Shown: piece after piece, positions 28,531 to 38,901 of the stretch
Position numbering within the stretch: the first letter of the stretch is position 1
Layout: each line of letters starts with the position of its first letter
Assembly: GCA_963712115.1 (NCBI GenBank)
Contig: CAVQGX010000043.1
Location: 32,001 to 96,000 of the forward strand
Length of the DNA stretch: 64,000 nucleotides
Direction: 5' to 3'
From: an uncultured delta proteobacterium
GTDB lineage: Bacteria; Desulfobacterota; Syntrophobacteria; BM002
The notes under the pieces: generated by a model
What the model saw: only the letters and a program-made list of their open reading frames with translations
What the model was told of the DNA's origin: nothing
Database searches by the model: none
Made by a program: the position numbers and the translations under genes

Positions 28531-29233
28531 GAAATGGCTCATAACAATAGACGGACCAGCCGGCGCTGGGAAAAGTACCGTGAGCAAGCTCCTGGCTAAA
28601 AGACTTGGTTACATCTACCTAGATACTGGGGCCATGTATCGGGCCGTGGCCTTACTGGCAAGGAATAGTGGACACTCGGATCCTCTGGATGAAAGAACCC
28701 TTGAGGAGATCTGTCTAGGGCTTTATTTAGAATTTGTCCAGAAAGACGGGACATTACGTTTGCTGGCAAATGGAAGAGATATCACTGAGGAGATACGGCA
28801 GCCCGAGATTAGCTCCCTTGCCTCAGCAGTGTCTGCAAAGGGTGTTGTACGGGAGCGGCTCTCAACGATTCAGCGAAGTATGGGCAAAGCTGGAGGGGTA
28901 GTCCTCGAAGGTCGTGACATGGGCACGGTAGTATTCCCAGAAGCTGATGTTAAGTTCTTCTTGGATGCTAGTCCTGAAGTCCGCAGCAAGAGACGTTTTC
29001 TGGAGTTAGAGGCTGAGGGCCAAGATACCACACCTGAGGAAGTGCACCGGCTGATGCTGGAAAGGGATCGCAACGATCGTAGTCGTCAGTTGGCTCCCCT
29101 CAAACCAGCGGACGACGCCATTTTGGTGGATTCCAGCGATCTGCAGATTGAAGCGGTTGTAAAGCTGATGTTTGACCATATTGAAGCAATGAACAAAGCG
29201 CATAGTGCATGGCGTCATGACCTAGAAAAATGA
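28517..29233 (+). CDS. cmk: cytidylate kinase
   Basis: IDGPAGAGKST, DTGAMYR and EGRDMGTVVFP. Confidence 0.95.
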   Translation: MKPSKKWLITIDGPAGAGKSTVSKLLAKRLGYIYLDTGAMYRAVALLARNSGHSDPLDERTLEEICLGLYLEFVQKDGTLRLLANGRDITEEIRQPEISSLASAVSAKGVVRERLSTIQRSMGKAGGVVLEGRDMGTVVFPEADVKFFLDASPEVRSKRRFLELEAEGQDTTPEEVHRLMLERDRNDRSRQLAPLKPADDAILVDSSDLQIEAVVKLMFDHIEAMNKAHSAWRHDLEK

Positions 29234-29412
29234 GCAAACATGATCGGCGAGATAGGCTGCACTATAAGCAGTAATTTGGGGAAATAGTTTGTAATTCCCT
29301 ACCGTTTCTGTTATACAGGTACCAAATTTTCATGCGGGATCAGAGATAATAGACCGGGTGGAATTGATTTGGCATAAAGGGAAAGGGATTTTAAATAAGT
29401 AACGGGGGTGGC

Positions 29413-31407
29413 TTGTTAATGGTTGAAAAAAAACAAAACGAAGTTATGCAAGAGGCCGAAGAGCAAGTAGGCCAGGTAGAAAAGGTCGAGGCGACTGCGA
29501 AAGAGGAAACTGAGGCTCAGGAGTCTGCAGAGGATACCTTGGAAACAACAGAGGACCAAGAACCTCAGCAGGTGGATGTCGAGGCTGATGCTCAAGATGA
29601 AACTGAAACTCAGGATTCCGAGGAAGTTGTTGTGGAGTTGGCAGCGGATACTGAAGCACAGCCTGTAGACAGTCAGGTTGCTGTCGAAGAAAATGATCAG
29701 GTCGACACCATTAAGGAGGAATCCTTCCAGGAGCTTTATGAGGAAAGTCTCAAGAGCATCAAGGAAGGTGAGGTTGTGCGTGGTAATATTATCCAAGTGA
29801 CCGACGATTATGTGATGGTAGATATAGGCTACAAATCGGAAGGCCAGATCCGCATCTCTGAATTCACAGATGAAGAGGGTGCTGTATCCGCCAAAGTCGG
29901 CGACGAAGTGGACGTTTTGCTAGAATACCACGAGGACGAAAATGGCGAAATAGTGCTCTCCAAAGAGAAGGCCGCTAAGATTAAGGTATGGGACGAAATT
30001 AGCAAAATTTATAAAGATGACGGTGTAATCGAGGGCCGAATTGTTTCCAAGGTAAAAGGTGGGCTTTCAGTTGACATTGGCGTGCAGGCTTTCTTACCTG
30101 GCTCCCAGGTTGATCTGCGACCAGTTCGTAATCTTGATAGTCTAATTGGTCAGCAGTGTCAGTTCAAGATTTTGAAATATAACAAGAAAAGGCGAAACGT
30201 GGTGCTCTCACGCAGGGTCCTCCTGGAGAAAGAGAGGGAGGAACTCAAGTCCGATACTCTAGATAGGCTAGAAGAGGGAAAAGTCCTTGAAGGTGTTGTA
30301 AAAAACATCACAGAGTATGGAGTTTTTGTAGATCTCGGTGGAATCGATGGTTTGCTTCACATCACCGACATGAGTTGGGGCCGAGTCGGGCACCCATCTG
30401 AGATGTGTTCCATAGGTGATTCCATCGAAGTAATGGTGCTGAACTTTGATCCCGAAAAAGAACGGGTCTCTTTGGGTCTAAAACAGTTGTCAGAGGACCC
30501 GTGGAGTTCGGTTGATGCACGATATCCTGAGGGCGGACGGGTAACAGGGCGCGTGGTAAGCCTTACGGATTATGGGGCTTTCGTGGAACTAGAGCCAGGC
30601 ATTGAAGGGCTGATTCATGTGTCTGAAATGTCCTGGACCGCGAAAGTTCGGCATCCGTCCAAGGTCGTTTCAGTAGGCGATATTGTCGAGGCCGTGGTTC
30701 TCAATCTGAACAAAGAGAACAAACGGATCAGTTTGGGTATGAAACAGGTGGAGCCCAATCCGTGGGACGTCATTGGTGAGAAGTATCCAGTGGGCACTAC
30801 CATTCAGGGGAAAATTAAAAATATAACAGATTTTGGACTTTTTATTGGCATAGATGAAGGTATAGACGGTCTTGTACATATCTCTGATCTTTCCTGGACT
30901 AAACGGATCAAACACCCCTCCGAGCTCTACAAAAAAGGAGAAGAACTACAGGCTATTGTCTTGAATATAGATAAAGAAAACGAGCGTTTTTCTCTGGGAG
31001 TCAAACAACTGAATGCCGATCCATGGGAAGAGATTCCAAAGAGATACCCAGTGGGAAGTTCTGTCGTGGGCACGGTGACCAATGTTACGGATTTTGGTCT
31101 CTTCGTCGAAATTGAAGAAGGAATAGAGGGGTTGGTTCACGTTTCAGAAATAAGTAAAGAAAAAATCAAGACACCTGTAGGGCTTTTTCAAGAAGGTCAA
31201 GAGGTAACCGCCAAGGTGGTAAATATAGGCAGGGAAGAACGCAAGATTGGGCTTTCTCTCAAGCGACTGGAAGAGGAAGAAGAAAAAACTCGTTATTACG
31301 ATTACATAGATAGCCCCAAGGCAGCTACCTCGAATCTCGGTCAGCTACTTAAAGAGGAGTTGGAAGGACGTGCTGACAACCTTTTGGGGGGGGAGGACAA
31401 GGAATAG
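29413..31407 (+). CDS. rpsA: 30S ribosomal protein S1 with a long acidic N-terminal extension
   Basis: Repeated S1 domains (GIDGLLHITDMSW, GIEGLIHVSEMSW); cmk-rpsA synteny. Confidence 0.95.
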   Translation: MLMVEKKQNEVMQEAEEQVGQVEKVEATAKEETEAQESAEDTLETTEDQEPQQVDVEADAQDETETQDSEEVVVELAADTEAQPVDSQVAVEENDQVDTIKEESFQELYEESLKSIKEGEVVRGNIIQVTDDYVMVDIGYKSEGQIRISEFTDEEGAVSAKVGDEVDVLLEYHEDENGEIVLSKEKAAKIKVWDEISKIYKDDGVIEGRIVSKVKGGLSVDIGVQAFLPGSQVDLRPVRNLDSLIGQQCQFKILKYNKKRRNVVLSRRVLLEKEREELKSDTLDRLEEGKVLEGVVKNITEYGVFVDLGGIDGLLHITDMSWGRVGHPSEMCSIGDSIEVMVLNFDPEKERVSLGLKQLSEDPWSSVDARYPEGGRVTGRVVSLTDYGAFVELEPGIEGLIHVSEMSWTAKVRHPSKVVSVGDIVEAVVLNLNKENKRISLGMKQVEPNPWDVIGEKYPVGTTIQGKIKNITDFGLFIGIDEGIDGLVHISDLSWTKRIKHPSELYKKGEELQAIVLNIDKENERFSLGVKQLNADPWEEIPKRYPVGSSVVGTVTNVTDFGLFVEIEEGIEGLVHVSEISKEKIKTPVGLFQEGQEVTAKVVNIGREERKIGLSLKRLEEEEEKTRYYDYIDSPKAATSNLGQLLKEELEGRADNLLGGEDKE

Positions 31408-31459
31408 ACCCCAAGTTTTTTCTTGAACAAGGACCGAACCAAAACTAGGAGGCGGGAAG

Positions 31460-32359
31460 GTGCGCAAACGTTCCGTCTTGCTGGCGGGAAGCATATTAGT
31501 TCTGATCCTTGTTGCCCTTCTTGGCAGCATTGCCTGGTTTTCGCACTTGCGTGGCCGTGAAGCAGGACTGATGTTTGGCGAAAAGGTTGGCGTCCTTGAG
31601 GTGAAGGGAGTAATAGCAAACGTCCAACCAACTATAGAAGAGCTGGCGAAGTTTAGAAGAGATGGTTCGGTAAAGGCCGTAGTAGTAAGGATTGAGTCTC
31701 CCGGCGGTGGTGTAAGCCCCTCCCAGGAACTTTACCAGGAAATAAGACGCACGGTGCGGGAGAAGCCGGTGGTGGTGTCAATGGGTTCTGTTGCCGCCTC
31801 CGGGGGCTACTACATCGCTTGCGCTGCCCAAAAGATCTATGCCAACCCGGGCACTATCACCGGCAGTATAGGCGTGATTCTACAGTTCACCAATTTCGAG
31901 GAACTTTTAAGAAAGATTGGCTTCCGCATGGAAGTCGTAAAAAGCGGCCCCTACAAGGATGTGGGCAATCCCGGGCGCGAGATGACCGCTGAGGAGAAAG
32001 CCTATCTCCAAGAAATGGTTGACAATGTCCATCAGCAATTCGTTCGAGACGTGGCTAGAGGAAGAGGCATGAAGGTAGAGAAAGTGCGAGAGGTTGCCGA
32101 CGGCCGTATCTTTACAGGAGAGCAGGCCATGGAATTGGGGCTGGTGGATGAACTGGGAAATCTTAAGGATGCCATAAATGCGGCTGCAAAAATGGCCGCA
32201 ATTGAAGGTGAACCGAAGATTGTTTACCCAGAAAAGGAAAAGAAATCTGTATTTGACTATTTGTTCGATCGAATCACAGAGAAGATTGCCAATAACGTCC
32301 AGCCCTATATGGGACTCTTACTGCTCCCGCCTCTTCCTGGGAAAGCCAGCCTTTCCTAA
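31460..32359 (+). CDS. sppA: signal peptide peptidase SppA (36K type)
   Basis: RIESPGG, AASGGYY and TGSIGV. Confidence 0.92.
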   Translation: MRKRSVLLAGSILVLILVALLGSIAWFSHLRGREAGLMFGEKVGVLEVKGVIANVQPTIEELAKFRRDGSVKAVVVRIESPGGGVSPSQELYQEIRRTVREKPVVVSMGSVAASGGYYIACAAQKIYANPGTITGSIGVILQFTNFEELLRKIGFRMEVVKSGPYKDVGNPGREMTAEEKAYLQEMVDNVHQQFVRDVARGRGMKVEKVREVADGRIFTGEQAMELGLVDELGNLKDAINAAAKMAAIEGEPKIVYPEKEKKSVFDYLFDRITEKIANNVQPYMGLLLLPPLPGKASLS

Positions 32360-32425
32360 GTATCGCCTATTAGTCTCCGAGTCTCACCAAACTGCAACCA
32401 TCACATTCCCGCAAACCATCCCAAC

Positions 32426-33037
32426 TCACTCAAATACGCTCACATCTCCCTGTCCTTCTCGGATAATGTCCGGGGAATCGTCAATGAGTGAGACAACACT
32501 TGAAGGCTTTAAAGATACAGGGCCACCATCGATAATCAAATCTAGAGCATGGCCCAACCTTGCCTCAATCTCAACAACAGACTCCAGTATCGCCCCGTCA
32601 GGGTCAGTTGCACTGGTACTCAATATAGGATTGCCCAGTTCTTCTACGATGGCGAGACAGATTGTATGGTCTGGAACCCGGATACCGGCAGTTTTTCTCT
32701 TGGTCAACATGATCTTTGGCACTAGCCGCGAGCCTTCCAAGATGAAGGTATATGGTCCGGGTAAGAGGCGCTTCATTGTTTTGTAGGCGTAATTGGTTAC
32801 TTGGGCATATTGACTAATATTCTTTAGGTCCGAACAAATGAAGCTGAAAGGTTTGTGTTTGGATCTTCTTTTTAGCAAATAAACTCTTTCAATGGCTTTC
32901 TTGTTCATGATATCACAGCCGATACCGTAGTAAGTGTCAGTGGGGTAGGCAATGATGCCACCGCCACGGAGAATCTCAGCTGCTCTACGAATGAGACGTT
33001 TTTGTGGATTCTGCGGATTGATCTCCAAAACCATCAT
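32426..33037 (-). CDS. L-threonylcarbamoyladenylate synthase family protein (Sua5/YrdC/YciO)
   Basis: AYPTDTYYG, LLPGPYTFIL, GIRVP and STSA. Confidence 0.9.
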   Translation of the reverse strand: MMVLEINPQNPQKRLIRRAAEILRGGGIIAYPTDTYYGIGCDIMNKKAIERVYLLKRRSKHKPFSFICSDLKNISQYAQVTNYAYKTMKRLLPGPYTFILEGSRLVPKIMLTKRKTAGIRVPDHTICLAIVEELGNPILSTSATDPDGAILESVVEIEARLGHALDLIIDGGPVSLKPSSVVSLIDDSPDIIREGQGDVSVFE

Positions 33038-33198
33038 ATCGTCACCTCTGTAAGCGAGTTGCATCAGGGAAAGGGAATATTCAGACTACTTTATTTTCGC
33101 AGAACAAAGGGTTGAGAACAAGGGGATTATCAGCCAGCAGCTAGCAGGAGGCAGCTGGCAGAAGAGCTCGGGACGGAGAACATTGAGCGCTCAATATC

Positions 33199-33338
33199 AA
33201 ATTCGAAATCCGAAGCATGAAATTCAAAACAAATCCGAAATTCGAATTTTCCAATGTTCTAAACGCGTCAGTGTTTCGGTCATTTGGATTTTGGTCATTT
33301 GAATTTGTTTAGGATTTCGATATTCGATATTCGGATTT
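33199..33338. repeat. 140-bp heptamer-periodic palindromic element (inverted copy of 14457-14596)
   Basis: Shares the core TTCTAAACGCGTCAGTGTTTCGG in reverse orientation. Confidence 0.85.
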
Positions 33339-33385
33339 ATCTACGTCCAGAAATATCAAGAACTTCCGCGCCTAGTTCGCCATAA

Positions 33386-34243
33386 TTAGCGGATATGATT
33401 TGCCCATTCTGGCTCAAAGGTGGCAAGCCAGCGTTTTACTGCCTTCTTAAGTTCAGCGTAGTAAGCCTCCGAAGAGCCAAAGAATCTGCGGCCGAACCAA
33501 TAGTTAATTTCCAGGAAAAGTGGTTTCTTGGACTCATCATCTTTGTCGAACATCAAATCAATACCAGCTAGATTAATGCCTGTCTGTTTGCAAAAATGGT
33601 GGACAATCTCCTCGGCCTTTTCTAAAAGATGATAGTCAGAGTGGAGGTCTATTGTCCCACCTGCACTCAGATTTGTTAAAAACTGCCGGGGATCTCTCTG
33701 GACTCTCCAGTAGCTGATCAAGCGGTCATGGAGGACCACAACGCGGACATCCCGCCCGCCGTGGTCAATCCACTGCTGGATAATAAACCCCCGGGTTCCG
33801 CTACTTTCCATTGCTCCCAGTTGGTCAATAATGGTCTGCAGCTCTTGTCCACTATGAATTCTGTAAACCATGCGACCTTCGCCCCCGTAATTTCCTTTGA
33901 CCACAAAAGGAAAGGGAAAAGGCAAGCTATCTTCCTCTGCAGGGAAGTGTGAGTGGTAATCGGCCACATTCTGGAACAAAAACGTTTCGGGGTGAGGGAC
34001 TGTCGCGGTGCGGAAGAGTAAAATATCACCAATCTTTCCAGGGCTTTGAAAGCGCAGATCGTAGTTGGGAAAGACCCGGGTAGTATATTTGCGGCATAGA
34101 TCGTAAAGATCCTTTCTAACCCCTTGAGGAAGAATGATGGCGTCAGCTCGTTTCACCATTGATTCTTCTTCAGGCCCGGGAGGTCTACCTGCTACTATAG
34201 CGTTTAGATCAGCATCGATACACGGATGGAAAGATAGGATCAT
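33386..34243 (-). CDS. RimK-like ATP-grasp protein
   Basis: FPFVVK..GGEG, DVRVVV, TNLSAGG, AGIDL and FLEIN. Confidence 0.75.
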   Translation of the reverse strand: MILSFHPCIDADLNAIVAGRPPGPEEESMVKRADAIILPQGVRKDLYDLCRKYTTRVFPNYDLRFQSPGKIGDILLFRTATVPHPETFLFQNVADYHSHFPAEEDSLPFPFPFVVKGNYGGEGRMVYRIHSGQELQTIIDQLGAMESSGTRGFIIQQWIDHGGRDVRVVVLHDRLISYWRVQRDPRQFLTNLSAGGTIDLHSDYHLLEKAEEIVHHFCKQTGINLAGIDLMFDKDDESKKPLFLEINYWFGRRFFGSSEAYYAELKKAVKRWLATFEPEWANHIR

Positions 34244-34488
34244 GGTTCTAAGGGTCCTTTCGAGCTATCCATTCGGAACAGGGATTGCGGATCGCCCATT
34301 GAGGATCAGCAAAGGAACATGTATCCAGTCATTGCCAGGTAATCTCTATATTTCATTTACCACGAAGTAGATAGTGCAGCAATGCATAGAATCAATTGTG
34401 ACTGAGGAGAGTTCAAACCATCTCAGGCAAGAACAATATGAGGCCATTGCGACAATGAAGGATCCCTGCCAGATTCCGACACGGCTTA

Positions 34489-35643
34489 TTGCTACAACCC
34501 CCATGGGAGATATCCCCGTTGCGAGAGGAGAGAGGAGCAAGACATTTGCCTGTGGGCCCAGGAGAGTCAGATTTTGAGGCTGATTTACGCTATGAGCCCT
34601 ATCTGAAGGCCGTACGCTATCTGCTCTTGCAGAAAGGCTGTAAGAAGATTCTGGAAGCCCTGGCCTCCCGGTTGGGTCGGATTGTGCAGCTCGAGGAGAT
34701 TGAATGGATAGAGATCAGGACGGAAAAGCACGGTGCCTGTTATCACGTGGCTCGCGCCGATCTGAAAGTCGCAGAAAATGCAGTGTCCTTTGCGGTGAAC
34801 CTGGCTGTTTCCGATGCGACCAGATCCCTATTAGAGAGAGATTTTCGGCTGCTGCGGAGACTGGCGCAGCAATATCAAGGCCAATGTCTGCCCCAGGTAT
34901 ACTTCAAGGGTGCGGGACTGTACAAAGAGAGCGAAAAAAGATCAAGGTGGCTTCATATGTTTGTGGCTGAATGGTTCAGGGGCTACCACGAATTTCACCT
35001 GCACTACGACCAATCAGAGAGTTCTTTGCGTGTGTTGCTATGGGATCTGGATCGTGGCTGCCGCTTTTTATCTCGAAAACAGTGTGTGGAGCTCTACCGG
35101 CAGATGGCCAGGATCCTTACCCTCTATTACGATTGGAACACTTTTAGGCAAATCTACCCCTGGCACCATGCGGCTGGAGACTTTGTCCTGAAAACGGAAA
35201 AGGGTAGGGTAAATCTTCGTTTGATTACGGTAAGAAACTACGGGCCAATGGTTGATTTCAGGACCAGGAAAAGTTCGGGTAAACTTCTAGCCCTGATCCT
35301 CTTCTTTCTGCACTTGACTGTCCAGATGCGACTTGATCGTCTTGATGGTGTGGGTGATGTCGTCTGGGCAGAGGATTATTGTTTGGAAGGGGTGGTGGTA
35401 GGATTCCTAGAGGGCTTGGCCTTAGGGGATGAGAGATTCAGAAGAGGTATTCCATCAGGAGGAGAAATCCTGGATTTGCTTCGCAGTTTCACGAAAAAAG
35501 ATTGGCTGCAAATGCTAAAGCAATATTTGGACATATACGAATTATCACAGGAGGAATTGCATTTAATTCAAGGGCATGCCGATGCTCACTTAGACAAAAT
35601 GCAGCAGGTTATTGGGGAGTTTATTTCCACACATGTATTTTAG
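34489..35643 (+). CDS. hypothetical protein (true start uncertain, possible 5' frameshift)
   Basis: 384-codon ORF; EKHGA.YH and PWHHAAGDF look like conserved motifs. Confidence 0.65.
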   Translation: MLQPPWEISPLREERGARHLPVGPGESDFEADLRYEPYLKAVRYLLLQKGCKKILEALASRLGRIVQLEEIEWIEIRTEKHGACYHVARADLKVAENAVSFAVNLAVSDATRSLLERDFRLLRRLAQQYQGQCLPQVYFKGAGLYKESEKRSRWLHMFVAEWFRGYHEFHLHYDQSESSLRVLLWDLDRGCRFLSRKQCVELYRQMARILTLYYDWNTFRQIYPWHHAAGDFVLKTEKGRVNLRLITVRNYGPMVDFRTRKSSGKLLALILFFLHLTVQMRLDRLDGVGDVVWAEDYCLEGVVVGFLEGLALGDERFRRGIPSGGEILDLLRSFTKKDWLQMLKQYLDIYELSQEELHLIQGHADAHLDKMQQVIGEFISTHVF

Positions 35644-35848
35644 ATATATATATGTATTTTATAGTTAAAAAATATAAAACCTAGAAATAATATTAAATAT
35701 TTTCTGGCAGGTCATATTGACTTGACAGCAATCCATTGACTCGGAGGCAACGCTCTGATATTTTTCTCACGTTGTGCTATAAGTAGGGTATGAATGTGGA
35801 AGCGCAGAAGAGAAGTAAAGTGGCTAAATCTCTATAGAGGAGGTACGT

Positions 35849-36967
35849 ATGAAAAGGATTCTACTTTTTACGCTGGCTCTCTGCCTCGTAGCAGGGACGG
35901 CTCTTGCTGCAAACACCATCAAGATAGGTTTGATGGCTCCCCTGACTGGCCCGTGGGCAAGCGAGGGCCAGGATATGAAACAGATCGTTGAACTGCTTGC
36001 CGATGAATTAAATGGACAAGGGGGACTTCTGGGGAAGAAAATCGAAATTATCAGTGCAGATGACGGGGGCGATCCGAAGACCGCTGCCCTGGCAGCACAG
36101 AAACTTGTAACTCAAGACGTCGTAGGTGCAATCGGTACCTACGGGTCATCCATTACTGAAGCATCCCAAAACATTTATGACGAATCCAACGTCATACAAA
36201 TTGCCAATGGTTCCACCGCTGTCCGACTCACTGCTAAAGGTTTGAAGTACTTCTTTCGGACCTCTCCTCGCGATGACGAGCAGGGGAGGGTGGGCGTTCA
36301 GACTCTTCAGAAACTTGGATATAAAAATGTCGCCATTCTCCACGACAATACCACCTATGCCAAGGGGCTCGCTGAGGAGGCGAAGGCTCTTTTGCAGAAA
36401 AAAGGCGTGAAGATTGTCTTCTACGATGCCCTCACACCCGGCGAAAGAGATTATACCGCTATTCTCACTAAGCTGAAGTCCGCGCGTCCGGATGGAGTTT
36501 TCTTTACTGGTTACTATCCGGAATGTGGCCTTTTGCTTCGGCAGAAGAAAGAGATGAACTGGAATGTGCCTTTCCTCGGAGGTGACGCCAACAATAATCC
36601 TGATCTGATCAAGATTGCTGGTAACGACGCGGCTGAGGGCTTCTATTTTCTCAGCCCGCCGGTTCCCCAGGATCTTCCCTCCAAAGAGGCGTCGGATTTT
36701 CTTGCGGCCTATAAGAAGAAATATGGCTCTGCTCCCGGTTCCATTTGGGCGGTGTTGTCGGGAGACGGTTTCCGGGTGCTAGCAGCGGCCATCAAGGCTA
36801 CCGGCTCGACCGATTCCGATAAGGTGGCTGATTACTTGCACAACAAACTCAGAAATTATCCGGGACTGACCGGGACGATATCCTTTGATGATAAAGGTGA
36901 TCGAGTTGGCGAGGTCTATAGGGTCTACCGGGTAAATGCGAAAGGCGAATTCATTTTGCAGCCGTAA
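35849..36967 (+). CDS. livK: branched-chain amino acid ABC substrate-binding protein
   Basis: Signal peptide, IKIGLMAPLTG, FFRTSPRDDEQG and GLTGTISFD. Confidence 0.85.
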   Translation: MKRILLFTLALCLVAGTALAANTIKIGLMAPLTGPWASEGQDMKQIVELLADELNGQGGLLGKKIEIISADDGGDPKTAALAAQKLVTQDVVGAIGTYGSSITEASQNIYDESNVIQIANGSTAVRLTAKGLKYFFRTSPRDDEQGRVGVQTLQKLGYKNVAILHDNTTYAKGLAEEAKALLQKKGVKIVFYDALTPGERDYTAILTKLKSARPDGVFFTGYYPECGLLLRQKKEMNWNVPFLGGDANNNPDLIKIAGNDAAEGFYFLSPPVPQDLPSKEASDFLAAYKKKYGSAPGSIWAVLSGDGFRVLAAAIKATGSTDSDKVADYLHNKLRNYPGLTGTISFDDKGDRVGEVYRVYRVNAKGEFILQP

Positions 36968-36982
36968 CCCTGCTCCTTCCAT

Positions 36983-37019
36983 GATCGGCTCACGGTTAAT
37001 TTGCCGTGAGCCGATTTTT
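36983..37019 (+). terminator. stem-loop after livK
   Basis: ATCGGCTCACGG...CCGTGAGCCGAT followed by TTTT. Confidence 0.65.
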
Positions 37020-37039
37020 CTCAATTACTCCGCACGACA

Positions 37040-37945
37040 ATGGAAGAATTCTTTCAACAGCTCACCAATGGTCTGGCCGTTGGTGCCATTTATGCCCTGA
37101 TTGCCCTTGGTTACACCATGGTCTATGGTGTGCTAAAGCTGATCAATTTCGCCCATGGTGAGCTTTTCACCATCGGCTCCTACCTAGGACTGACTCTGCT
37201 AACCTCCCTTGGATTGAGCGGTTTATTCGGGCCAGTTCTAGGTGTGCTCCTACTCGCCGTAATGGTCATGGGACTGGTGGCAGTGGTGGGGGCGCTTCTG
37301 GAAAGGGTGGCTTACCGCCCCCTTCGGGAGTCACCCCGGCTTTCTGCAGTGGTTTCGGCGCTGGGAGCTTCCATTTTTTTCCAGAACGCGGTGATGCTTA
37401 TCTATGGGGCTCGCTTACAAGTATATCCCCTGGGAATCCTTCCCAGGACTGCGGTGAATCTTTTCGGTCTCTACCTTCCCCTAGTGAAGCTCCTAATATT
37501 ACTTGCCGCGGTAGTAATCATGACCGCACTCTACTTGTATATCCACAAAACCAGAATAGGCACGGCTATCAGAGCAGCGGCCATTGATCAAGGGGCAGCC
37601 AAGCTGATGGGTATTGATGTTGACCGGGTTATTCTCATTGTCTTCTTGATTGGGCCGGCATTGGGGGGAGCGGCTGGACTTATGGTGGGGCTTCTCTATG
37701 GGCAGATCAATTTCACCATGGGTTGGGTGTACGGGTTGAAGGCTTTTACCGCGGCTATTCTTGGAGGAATAGGCAACATCCCTGGTGCTATGGTGGGAGG
37801 GATCCTGCTCGGGGTCATCGAGGCCATGGGCGCGGCCTACATCTCCATTGCTTGGAAAGATGCCATTGCCTTTGTAGTGCTGATCTTGATTCTCATCGTG
37901 CGTCCTACAGGTCTGTTGGGCGAACGGGTGGCAGAAAAGGTATGA
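37040..37945 (+). CDS. livH: branched-chain amino acid ABC permease
   Basis: ALGYTMVYGVLKLINFAHG and KAFTAAILGGIG. Confidence 0.9.
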   Translation: MEEFFQQLTNGLAVGAIYALIALGYTMVYGVLKLINFAHGELFTIGSYLGLTLLTSLGLSGLFGPVLGVLLLAVMVMGLVAVVGALLERVAYRPLRESPRLSAVVSALGASIFFQNAVMLIYGARLQVYPLGILPRTAVNLFGLYLPLVKLLILLAAVVIMTALYLYIHKTRIGTAIRAAAIDQGAAKLMGIDVDRVILIVFLIGPALGGAAGLMVGLLYGQINFTMGWVYGLKAFTAAILGGIGNIPGAMVGGILLGVIEAMGAAYISIAWKDAIAFVVLILILIVRPTGLLGERVAEKV

Positions 37946-38901
37946 AGGATCATAGGAAGATCGCCTACGGAATTGTCACAGCGCTTTTGGCAATCTCACC
38001 TCTATTTCTAAACAAGTACTGGGTAGATGTTCTTAACAACGTGGGGCTCTACGCCATCCTGGGGCTCAGTCTGAATATCATTGTAGGCCATGCTGGATTA
38101 TTCAATCTTGGCCATGCCGCGTTTTACGCCGTGGGGGCGTATACCGCTGCGATTCTCAACACCCGCTTCAATATTCCGGTCTTGTGGCTTCTACCCCTGT
38201 GTGCACTTTCTGCAGGACTCTTCGCTGCAATTGTGATGCGTCCTATTATCCACCTCCGGGGAGACTATCTCTGCATCGTTACCATCGGCCTGGGAGAAAT
38301 AGTTCGTATTGCCCTGATCAATGATGTTTTCGGCATAACCGGCGGCGCCAACGGCATTTTTGGCATTGGTCGGCCGTCAATTTTTGGAATCTCAATTCGG
38401 CGACCCCATGAATTCTTTTATCTTATTTGGGGATTCGTAGCTGTTAGCGTATTCTTCTTTCACAGGTTGGAGAATTCACGATTTGGCAGAGCCCTTAATT
38501 ACCTAAGGGAAGATGAGGTGGCAGCTGAGGGCAGTGGGATAAATGTTGCCCATTACAAACTAGCCTGCTTTGTCATCGGAGCGGCCTGGGCCGGAATGGT
38601 CGGTGATATCTTCGCCTCGAAAATGACCATCATATCACCGGAGTCATTTAGTTTTTGGGAGTCTGTGCTCTTGTTCACTCTCATTTTGCTGGGAGGATCA
38701 GCGAGCATTCCCGGGGTAATATTGGGTGCTTTGTTGATTGTTGGCCTACCTGAAGTGTTCAGGGGGATTGCCAATGCTCGGATGCTAATCTTCGGCGGCG
38801 CCATGATCGCCATGATGATCTTTCGAACCGAGGGAATTCTACCTCCCCGGCCGCGGCAGTACGCTTTGCCAGATGATTCCTCGGGGGAGAGTAGGGCATG
38901 A
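37942..38901 (+). CDS. livM: branched-chain amino acid ABC permease
   Basis: [12 protein letters not shown] and [15 protein letters not shown]; ATGA overlap with livH. Confidence 0.9.
   Translation: MKDHRKIAYGIVTALLAISPLFLNKYWVDVLNNVGLYAILGLSLNIIVGHAGLFNLGHAAFYAVGAYTAAILNTRFNIPVLWLLPLCALSAGLFAAIVMRPIIHLRGDYLCIVTIGLGEIVRIALINDVFGITGGANGIFGIGRPSIFGISIRRPHEFFYLIWGFVAVSVFFFHRLENSRFGRALNYLREDEVAAEGSGINVAHYKLACFVIGAAWAGMVGDIFASKMTIISPESFSFWESVLLFTLILLGGSASIPGVILGALLIVGLPEVFRGIANARMLIFGGAMIAMMIFRTEGILPPRPRQYALPDDSSGESRA

Noticed and set aside
35794-35848. Possible leader peptide before the second LIV operon
   Set aside because: No run of control codons, no terminator, and the ORF overlaps livK out of frame.
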